Below are positions 24,992-32,000 of a stretch of 32,000 nucleotides of DNA, piece by piece (the first letter of the stretch is position 1; the number at the start of each line of letters is the position of its first letter). A program made the translations under genes and the position numbers. This stretch comes from Candidatus Fokinia solitaria (GTDB lineage Bacteria; Pseudomonadota; Alphaproteobacteria; Rickettsiales; Midichloriaceae). The stretch lies in assembly GCF_003072485.1 (NCBI RefSeq), contig NZ_CP025989.1, forward strand, positions 420,001-452,000, written 5' to 3'. The notes under the pieces are model-generated. The model was not told the DNA's origin and ran no database searches. It saw only the letters and a program-made list of their open reading frames with translations.

Positions 24992-26278
24992 ATGAATCCA
25001 GTTTTGCAAATAGAAAGAGGAAAAGTAGTTTCAGCACTCTCTATTGTACAATCAATAGTAGAGCGACGTAACATCAATCCTATATTATCTCATGTCAAAA
25101 TTATCATTTACTCTTCTGGAGTGATGCGATTTGTATGTACTGACATGGATATTGTTGTATCTTCCACCATCGATGTAGAAGCGTTCGATACTACACAAAA
25201 GAAGATCGCTTTTACCACTCCTGTGTCCGTTTTCTATGAAATTCTACGAAAAATGCAAGATCGATATATAGATCTCGATCTTTCAAACGTCGAAAGCGGA
25301 TTACTCATAGTGAAGACCGATGATTCTCAATTTAAGTTAGGTTGCTCAGAAGAAGATAAATTTCCTCCTCTTGATATCGAAGAGTATCATATTAAGAATT
25401 TTGCAACTCCTAGTAGTGTAGAACAAGTCTCATCTCACAATTTCTTGATGCACGTTACAGCAGAAGAGTTGTATCACTTGCTCTCAGGTACAAAATATGC
25501 GATCTCATCTAGTGAAATCTCTTATCATCTCAATGGCATCTGCTTCCAAGCGGTAAAAGCTGACACCATTCCAAGCAAATACGAATGCTTTGAATTGCTC
25601 CGTGCTTCCTCGGCACAAAGTGCAGAAGATTATAATGTAGATCATACAGAAAATTTCCTGTTAGCAGTTTCTACAGATACTCATAGGCTTGCAACTGCAG
25701 CTATTCCAATACAAGAAGGCGCTTTTGAAATAAAAGAAGTAATAGTGCCAAAAAAGACAGTAATGGAATTGCTGAAGCTTACAGAAAACATGGAAAGGAA
25801 AGACAAAATCAACATCAGTATGCATGAACGAAAGATAATTTTTTCCACTCCGGACGTAGTAATAGTATCTAAGCTAATTAGTAGTGAATTTCCTTCTTAT
25901 CGTGAAATATTAAAGGAAAAGTACGATAAAATTGTAACGGTATCAAGGAAGGCTATGATCGCAGCAATAGACATCGTAACCTCTGTTATAGATGATAAAA
26001 TGAAGCCTTGCCAAGTTTCATTTTCTGAAGATAATGTTGAAATCTCTGTTGAAAGTCAAATACATACTAAAGGCAGCGGAGTAAAAAATATCAAATCTCG
26101 TACTAATGGAGAGATAAAGTTTACTATCATACTCAATTCTCGTTATGTGCTTGATACCTTAAACGTGATAGAAGAGGATGAAGTAGAGATACTGATGCGC
26201 GATATAGAATCGGCTATTATAGTCAGAGGTGCTGATAATCAGTGTTCGATACATATGATTATGCCTATGCAGCCTTAG
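24992..26278 (+). CDS. dnaN: DNA polymerase III beta subunit (sliding clamp), unusually long
   Basis: The N terminus ...LSIVQSIVERRNINPILSHVKI, then YHLNGICF...AVSTDTHRLA, and the C terminus ...IIVRGADN...IHMIMPM fit the beta-clamp pattern. 428 aa. Its 3' end overlaps the converging dprA by 14 nt. Confidence 0.9.
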   Translation: MNPVLQIERGKVVSALSIVQSIVERRNINPILSHVKIIIYSSGVMRFVCTDMDIVVSSTIDVEAFDTTQKKIAFTTPVSVFYEILRKMQDRYIDLDLSNVESGLLIVKTDDSQFKLGCSEEDKFPPLDIEEYHIKNFATPSSVEQVSSHNFLMHVTAEELYHLLSGTKYAISSSEISYHLNGICFQAVKADTIPSKYECFELLRASSAQSAEDYNVDHTENFLLAVSTDTHRLATAAIPIQEGAFEIKEVIVPKKTVMELLKLTENMERKDKINISMHERKIIFSTPDVVIVSKLISSEFPSYREILKEKYDKIVTVSRKAMIAAIDIVTSVIDDKMKPCQVSFSEDNVEISVESQIHTKGSGVKNIKSRTNGEIKFTIILNSRYVLDTLNVIEEDEVEILMRDIESAIIVRGADNQCSIHMIMPMQP

Positions 26279-27485
26279 TTTTATAGATCAATCTTATATG
26301 ATTTTTATTATTTCTCTCTAGCTCGCCACTTAACTCTAGTTCAGTTATAGCTAGCATTAGCGCATCTACTTCGAAGTTTGTATGCGCAAGTATCTCCTCT
26401 ACCGTAGTATATGATGAATACGATAGCACATCAGTGAGAGATTGATGTATTGCTTCTTCTTCATGCTTTGGTATATGCCGTACTCTACCATGATGCATCG
26501 GCAATCTTAGTGCAATGGACTGAGAAGGCTGCTTACTGTCTCGCAGCTTCATGTTATCTATTTTTATAAGCTTTGCTAATTCCTTCAGTACATCTTCGGC
26601 ATCTTCTACTAGCACTGCGCCATCTCTAATTAACTTATTACTCCCCTTAGATCTTGGATCCATAGGAAAGCCAGGCACCGCAAGTACCTCCCTTCCCTCC
26701 TCTAAAGCAGTTCTAGCAGTTACTAATGTACCTGAATTATGAGATGCTTCTATCACCACTACACAACTACATAACCCTGCTATTATAGCATTTCTTTCCG
26801 GAAAATATGATGCTAACGGCGGAGACGATATTGGATACTGACTCACTACAAGCCCTGTACGATACATCTGACGATACAAATAATCACATGCTTTAGGGTA
26901 TATGTGAGAAATACCGCTTCCTACTACGCCAATTGTACCGCCTTCCAACGCTCCTTCATGCGCCATTCTATCTATACCATCAGCTAATCCAGATACTACC
27001 ACAAATCCGCTCTTTGAAATTTCTGCAGATATACGTTTAGCAAAAATACCACCACCAATAGAAGCATTTCTAGCACCTACTATTGCTACTTTATGCTTTC
27101 GTAAAAGCGAAACATCTCCCTTTACAGTAAGTACAGGAGGTGGAGAATAAGTCTTTAAGAGTAAATCTGGATACTCATCAGAATATGCAAAAATCATCCT
27201 TGCGCCAAGTGCATGGCATTCTCTAATTTCTTTCTGTATTTGATGAACAGATGGTACTAACACGTCATTGCTAAGCTTTCCTTGTTTCTTAAGAGTACCT
27301 ATATGCTCTATTGCCAATGCTGGAGAAGAGAACAAATTTAACAAAGAAAAAAAAGTTGCAGATCTTATATGAGACGTTCTAGCTAATCTAAGCCATGCAA
27401 TCTCGAACTCTTTATCTTTTGCAAAAGCTGAAATTTTTTTCACTATATCAAAAGCTGAAAAAAGAGCGTATTCATCATGTTGCAT
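26265..27485 (-). CDS. dprA: DNA processing protein DprA/Smf
   Basis: VAIVGARNAS..G, VVSGLADGIDRMAHEGAL, GSGISHIYP and SGTLVTARTALEEGREVLAVPG blocks of the DprA Rossmann-like domain. 406 aa. Confidence 0.9.
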   Translation of the reverse strand: MQHDEYALFSAFDIVKKISAFAKDKEFEIAWLRLARTSHIRSATFFSLLNLFSSPALAIEHIGTLKKQGKLSNDVLVPSVHQIQKEIRECHALGARMIFAYSDEYPDLLLKTYSPPPVLTVKGDVSLLRKHKVAIVGARNASIGGGIFAKRISAEISKSGFVVVSGLADGIDRMAHEGALEGGTIGVVGSGISHIYPKACDYLYRQMYRTGLVVSQYPISSPPLASYFPERNAIIAGLCSCVVVIEASHNSGTLVTARTALEEGREVLAVPGFPMDPRSKGSNKLIRDGAVLVEDAEDVLKELAKLIKIDNMKLRDSKQPSQSIALRLPMHHGRVRHIPKHEEEAIHQSLTDVLSYSSYTTVEEILAHTNFEVDALMLAITELELSGELERNNKNHIRLIYKTKAA

Positions 27486-27572
27486 TCTAAAAATATATAT
27501 TTTACCCTAAAATGTTTTGTGCCCTTTATACACATTATAAAACGTTACTTCAACAGATATTTTTAGAAAAAC

Positions 27573-28466
27573 ATGCAACGGAAGCGGAGTGATGATATAA
27601 TCGTCAAATTATCACATTTATCGCGATTTAATAAGCCGATACCAATTCTTTTATTGCTACTACCGATATGGTGGACCTTAGTAATCACGCGCAAATTTAT
27701 AACTGATTTTTGGTTTTATTTTTCAATACTCACTCTTGGAGGGATACTAAGTCGTACCGTAGGCTGCATTATTAACGATATTATAGATCGTAAATACGAT
27801 GCTTTCGTGAAAAGAACTGCAAAAAGACCGCTAGCGAAAAATTCTATAGAGATGAAGTATGTCATCATGTATCTGCTACTATTGAGTGCAATAGGACTTT
27901 TTTTGATATTTTTACTACCACTTAAATGTAGATATATTATATGCATTTCTTGCTTACTAATGTGCATATATCCATATATGAAAAGAATAACAAATTATGC
28001 GCAGGTAGTACTTGGCATAGCATTTAATACTGGCATACTTGTTACATTTACACTATCAAATTATAACAATCTCATAGTCCAATCATCTTCTTATATAGCT
28101 GCAGTACTATGGACGATTGGATATGATGCGATATATGCATTGCAAGATGTACACGATGATAAAGCGCTCGGTCTTCGTTCAATTGCAGTAAAATTTGAGA
28201 AAAGTATCTCTGAAGTAGTATGGTATTGCTATAAGATCACTTGCATTTTACTTGGATTCGTTGGCTTAAATCTAGGCTATAATATAGCATTTTTCGTTTT
28301 TCTTGGAGGTGGCTTATATAGCTTGTATGAGCAAATTAAGGTAATCGAATCTCATTCTGAATATACGGATAAGATAATATATGAGAAATTATTTCATCAA
28401 AATGCAATATTTGGCATCATAGTTCTAATTGCCTTATATTTAGGACAAATAAGTCTTGCTTCTTAG
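27573..28466 (+). CDS. ubiA: 4-hydroxybenzoate polyprenyltransferase
   Basis: Multi-TM protein with RTVGCIINDIIDRKYDAFVKRTAKRPLA (NDxxDxxxD) and a second Asp-rich motif, YALQDVHDDKALGLRS. Confidence 0.9.
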   Translation: MQRKRSDDIIVKLSHLSRFNKPIPILLLLLPIWWTLVITRKFITDFWFYFSILTLGGILSRTVGCIINDIIDRKYDAFVKRTAKRPLAKNSIEMKYVIMYLLLLSAIGLFLIFLLPLKCRYIICISCLLMCIYPYMKRITNYAQVVLGIAFNTGILVTFTLSNYNNLIVQSSSYIAAVLWTIGYDAIYALQDVHDDKALGLRSIAVKFEKSISEVVWYCYKITCILLGFVGLNLGYNIAFFVFLGGGLYSLYEQIKVIESHSEYTDKIIYEKLFHQNAIFGIIVLIALYLGQISLAS

Positions 28467-28525
28467 CTTCAATTATCGTATTAAAATATGTGTTTATTGG
28501 TGGTATTAGCATTTTAGCTGGAAGC

Positions 28526-29134
28526 ATGTTGTGTTATGAACGTCCTGGATTAATTGGCACGAAACTTGGTATGACTCAAGTTTTTGTTGATGACATTGCT
28601 GTACCTGCAACTGTAATACATATCCCGGAAAATCTTCTCATCGGCTTTAGAACAAATGAGAAGAACGGATATCAAGCTGCGGTGCTTGGTATACGATATC
28701 GTGACGAAAAGAAGAGTCGCAAAAAATTATATGCGATAATTAAAGAATTTAAGCTAAACTCTCTTGATAACTTTAGTGAAGGTCAATCATATGATGCTTC
28801 TCATTTCACTCTAGGACAGAGTGTAGATGTTATTGGTCATGCTATAGGTAAAGGCTTCGCAGGTGGTATGAAGCGGCACGGATTTAGAGGAGGAGATGCT
28901 TCTCATGGTGCTTCTATCTCTCATAGAGCACTCGGCTCAACTGGTGGAAGACAAGATCCAGGTAAAGTATTCAAAGGAAAAAAAATGGCAGGACATATGG
29001 GAACAAATCGAGTAACTACTAGAAATTTAAGAGTGCTTGATATTGATGCAGAAGTCTCTATTATCGTGGTTAAAGGCTGCGTACCTGGTAGCAAGGGAAA
29101 GACTGTGCTGCTAAGAGATTCTACTATGAGATAA
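28526..29134 (+). CDS. rplC: 50S ribosomal protein L3
   Basis: GLIGTKLGMTQVF, GKGFAGGMKRHGF.GG.ASHG and HRALGSTGGRQDPGKVFKGKKMAGHMG blocks. I prefer the ATG at 28526 over the ORF-track start at 28490. Confidence 0.93.
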   Translation: MLCYERPGLIGTKLGMTQVFVDDIAVPATVIHIPENLLIGFRTNEKNGYQAAVLGIRYRDEKKSRKKLYAIIKEFKLNSLDNFSEGQSYDASHFTLGQSVDVIGHAIGKGFAGGMKRHGFRGGDASHGASISHRALGSTGGRQDPGKVFKGKKMAGHMGTNRVTTRNLRVLDIDAEVSIIVVKGCVPGSKGKTVLLRDSTMR

Positions 29135-29157
29135 TAAATTTTACGTTCTTTCTTTTT

Positions 29158-29799
29158 ATGAAACATCAAGTTTTAGACTTTCATTCTAGTTCGGTTAGTG
29201 CCGAAATAGAACTTCCGAACATCTTTGATGTCGAAATACGACCAGATATCATACATCGTGTCATATGTTGGCAACTTGCTAAGAGAAGACTCGGTACTCA
29301 TAAAGTTAAAGGTAGAAGTGAAATAGCTAAATCTACTCGCAAAATACATGCGCAAAAAGGAGGTGGACGCGCCCGTCATGGCGCAGCTAGCGCGCCTCAA
29401 TTTCGTGGCGGAGGAGTTACATTCGGTCCTGTGGTACGTAGTCACGAGTATAAGTTAAATAAGAAAGTGCGTACTATGGGCTTACATTCTGCCCTTTCAA
29501 TGAAATTACAGGAAAGCAAGATTTTGGTAGTAAACGATCTTTCTCTTCCATCATCTAAAACAAAGGAGTTATATGGAAGAATTTCTGCTTTGTTAAATGA
29601 TAAGAAAAGCACATCTAAGATTTCGTGTCTTATGGTGGATAAAGAATGTCATACTTCACTTTGCCTCGCTTCAGCTAATATGCACAATATTGACGTTCTA
29701 CCAGTAAAGGGATTGAACGTGTACGATCTGATTAAACATGAGTTTACAATATTCTCTAAAAGTGCAATAGTTAGCATGGCGGAAAGCATCATTGCTTAA
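29158..29799 (+). CDS. rplD: 50S ribosomal protein L4
   Basis: RPDIIHRVICWQLAKRRLGTHKVKGRSEI..STRKIHAQKGGGRARHG....PQFRGGGVTFGP is the canonical L4 core. Confidence 0.93.
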   Translation: MKHQVLDFHSSSVSAEIELPNIFDVEIRPDIIHRVICWQLAKRRLGTHKVKGRSEIAKSTRKIHAQKGGGRARHGAASAPQFRGGGVTFGPVVRSHEYKLNKKVRTMGLHSALSMKLQESKILVVNDLSLPSSKTKELYGRISALLNDKKSTSKISCLMVDKECHTSLCLASANMHNIDVLPVKGLNVYDLIKHEFTIFSKSAIVSMAESIIA

Positions 29800-29968
29800 A
29801 CTTTGATTTTTTGCTTCAATAAAACTAAATAGTGAAACTTTTTTTAAAGGTAGTAGCTATCTTTAGAGCTGTAGCGCATCCATTTGAATCGTGTATTGTA
29901 TTCTATTGAGTAGTTATATATTGAAAAAGTTCGCTGCTTAAAATATTTAAACTAACAAGATTGATTGC

Positions 29969-30913
29969 ATGGCTAATATTCCAAAGAATGCTATAGGAGA
30001 AAGGCAATACATCATCCAAGAACATGATAGTATATTAGTACAAAGCTTCAAATTTGGCGTATTACCTATAATCGGATTAAGCGCAGCATACTTTCTTATC
30101 AATTACTTTTATAAAGAAGGTGATAGCGAAGCTGCAGATACAAAAAACACGAAATATGCTGAAATTAACGTGTGTAATAACGAATGGAGAGAATATTTTG
30201 TCATAAATCAAGTATGTGAGAAGCACTTTAAGATTTTAAAAAAAGATAATGAAGAAAGAATAAAAAGGTTACAGACGCAACTCGAGAGAGTAAAAGTAAG
30301 AGAGAAAGAATTGCATCACAAAGTAGAAGAAAGTGCACATCACAGAGCAATTTTATCTGAATTAAAAGAAGACAAAAAGAAAATAGAGAATGAATTAAAG
30401 AGAATAGAAATATTAAGGCAAAAAAACGAATGCAATATGAAGGATAAGAAAGAAATGAGCGATGATGCAAACAGTAATAACGTCATTAACCGAAATATTA
30501 GAAAGGCTTATGATGAAGAACATGCTTTAACACTAAAGGGAAGAAAAGAATATATAGCGGAGTGCTCATTGGTAAAAATTCACGATAATCGAGCGCAATA
30601 CTTAGAATCGCAAATATCAAAAGCACTTTCACAATATGAAGCGATGTCAAATGAAGCAGAAAAGTTACCAGTACTAAGCTGCAAGAAAAATAGCTTAACA
30701 GAAAGCTTTGCAGTATCGCAGCTTTTTAAAAAGGAAGTTGCTATAACTCAGCAATGCAATGAAGAGGCGCTTCATGATAAATACAACAGGATAAAATACG
30801 TCTTACTAGAGCTTTCTGAAGATGAGAAAGCAGAAGTTTGCCTGTATTATAATGAAGCAATAGGAGAAGTAATAAAGAATGGTGAAAATCTCAACGACAT
30901 AACATTCGATTAA
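29969..30913 (+). CDS. Hypothetical membrane-anchored coiled-coil protein (ORFan)
   Basis: 314-aa ORF. It has one hydrophobic helix near the N terminus (FGVLPIIGLSAAYFLINYFY). A long K/E-rich heptad-like region (ERIKRLQTQLERVKVREKELHHKVEE...KKKIENELKRIEILRQK) follows. No recognised domain. Confidence 0.55.
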   Translation: MANIPKNAIGERQYIIQEHDSILVQSFKFGVLPIIGLSAAYFLINYFYKEGDSEAADTKNTKYAEINVCNNEWREYFVINQVCEKHFKILKKDNEERIKRLQTQLERVKVREKELHHKVEESAHHRAILSELKEDKKKIENELKRIEILRQKNECNMKDKKEMSDDANSNNVINRNIRKAYDEEHALTLKGRKEYIAECSLVKIHDNRAQYLESQISKALSQYEAMSNEAEKLPVLSCKKNSLTESFAVSQLFKKEVAITQQCNEEALHDKYNRIKYVLLELSEDEKAEVCLYYNEAIGEVIKNGENLNDITFD

Positions 30914-31070
30914 AGCAAGTATCTCATATATGAAAAGTTCTCCTTACTCATATCAAAGTGCTGATAAAATGAAAAGGGGAAAATATCGCAATGCAGCCAG
31001 GCTCATATCTTCTGTACTCTATAAAATGCAAAATCTAATAGCTATCTCGCGATACACAACTCATAAATAA

Positions 31071-32000
31071 TTATCTATTATAGAAATTTTTCGTGAGTAT
31101 AATATCTTCTTCTGACAGTTCATATACTTTATCTTCTACTTCATTCGCTAAAATATACATTTGATTCAAATCTAACATCTTGCAAAAAATCTCCTTCTGT
31201 TTACTCAGACTTAGTTCTTTAAATTCCTCTCTTTCTACAATCGCATCGCCATTTTGTCCTTCAAAAAAGCGTTTCGCATTGAAGTTGTACTTAAAAAAGT
31301 ACTTCTCATAAAGCTTATGAAATAGCTTTTTCAACTCTTCTAGACTATTACAGGATAATAATTGCTCTTTTGCTTTTTCATTCCATTTCGCTAATTCAAA
31401 ATAACAAAAGCTTCCTCCTCCTTCCCATTTTTGATTCTTACTAATGCCTCCTTGCTCTCCTTCAATCACTTTTTCCATTCTCACTTTCGTTATTGTTTCT
31501 ACGTAATCCATTTGCTCTATCATAATCCACCTTCTTTTCATCTTATGCGCTACCGCTCCTGTTGTGCCACTCCCTCCAAAAAAATCTAGCACTATATCTC
31601 CTTCTTCCGTCGATATTTGAATCACCCTTTCTATCAATTCTTCCGGCTTTTGTCCTTGCCCTTTAAAATCTTGCACTAATTCTTTTGCCTGCGTTCTTGT
31701 CTGCAAAGAATAAACATCCCACACATCGCCTATTGGTAACCCTTTTAACTCTGATAAATACACCTTCTCACCATTTCTAAATCTATATTTGCCATTACCA
31801 TCTTCCTTAAAAGAGTTTTGAATATAATTCTCAGTATATTCAGTATATGCTAACTTTTTGTTGAAAAAATATTTACTATTATTCTTACTATAAAACAGAA
31901 TCGTTTCATGTTGACGTACATATCCTTTTACAGTGCTTTTATATCCTGATACACTACCTAAATTCCAAATGATTTCCCTTTGAAAATTTTCTCTACCAAA
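31071..32000 (-). CDS. Mod-type (beta-class) N6-adenine DNA methyltransferase, 5' end outside the window
   Basis: I translated the frame by hand upstream of the ORF-track start (a GTG at 31763). It stays open to nt 32000 and reads FGRENFQREIIWN...VRQHETILFYSKN.... Downstream are GQKPEELIERVIQISTEEGDIVLDFFGGSGTTGAVAHKMKRRWIMIE (motif I, nt 31566-31583) and EGEQGGISKNQKWEGGGSFCYFEL, typical of Mod/COG2189-like enzymes. The DPPY motif should lie beyond the window edge. Confidence 0.85.
   Translation of the reverse strand, partial: FGRENFQREIIWNLGSVSGYKSTVKGYVRQHETILFYSKNNSKYFFNKKLAYTEYTENYIQNSFKEDGNGKYRFRNGEKVYLSELKGLPIGDVWDVYSLQTRTQAKELVQDFKGQGQKPEELIERVIQISTEEGDIVLDFFGGSGTTGAVAHKMKRRWIMIEQMDYVETITKVRMEKVIEGEQGGISKNQKWEGGGSFCYFELAKWNEKAKEQLLSCNSLEELKKLFHKLYEKYFFKYNFNAKRFFEGQNGDAIVEREEFKELSLSKQKEIFCKMLDLNQMYILANEVEDKVYELSEEDIILTKNFYNR

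Noticed and set aside
10157-32000. Compositional island signal for dam, the coiled-coil ORFan and the Mod gene
   Set aside because: My hand counts on 100-nt samples gave 37 G+C (dam), 34 (ORFan) and 37 (Mod), against 40 for an infB sample. There is no clear deviation, so horizontal origin cannot be argued from composition here.
1-32000. CRISPR arrays, IS elements or transposases, integrases, prophage genes, rRNA, tmRNA/RNase P/SRP RNA, and alternative genetic code
   Set aside because: There are no regularly spaced repeats. No non-coding gap exceeds about 270 nt, which is too short for the larger RNAs, and I recognised none of their conserved motifs. No transposase or integrase motifs appear in any frame of the ORF track. 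Trp is encoded by TGG, and all conserved genes read through with the standard code.

Overview
This is an AT-rich, very gene-dense window. My hand counts on a few 100-nt samples gave about 34-40% GC. I call about 33 protein genes and 2 tRNAs, separated by short spacers, with several abutting or overlapping genes. I found no rRNA, CRISPR array, IS element or prophage genes.

Almost everything is housekeeping:
- Translation: rplL, gltX, tRNA-Glu, miaA, infA, tRNA-Arg, rplW, rpsB, infB, glyQ, trmD, rplC, rplD.
- Membrane and secretion: yidC, ftsY, ubiA.
- DNA: nth, holC-like, dnaN, dprA.
- Metabolism: fabH, IMPase/suhB-like, folB-like, PDH E2, peroxiredoxin.

Gene content and protein style suggest a reduced, fast-evolving alphaproteobacterial (Rickettsiales-like) genome. 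That is inference only, since no search was run. All family calls rest on motifs I recognise in the supplied translations.

I do not see a clear multi-gene novel system. The points most worth a second look are:
1. Canonical translation operons are dissolved and re-stitched. rplC-rplD lack both rpsJ and rplW, and rplW sits alone 21 kb away. rplL lacks rplJ and rpsB lacks tsf. infB-glyQ-trmD form a chimeric co-directional unit.
2. Two adenine-methyltransferase genes have no visible nuclease partner: a Dam-family gene after nth, and a partial Mod-type gene at the right edge. The Mod-type gene lies next to a TM/coiled-coil ORFan, exactly at the rplD breakpoint.
3. A 522-aa ManC-like nucleotidyltransferase homologue has lost its glycine-rich catalytic loop.
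4. Several lineage-specific ORFans are present, including a 393-aa protein with an Inc-like bilobed hydrophobic segment.
5. Conserved enzymes (dnaN, peroxiredoxin) carry in-frame insertions, and there is an HU-like protein without the DNA-binding arm motif.
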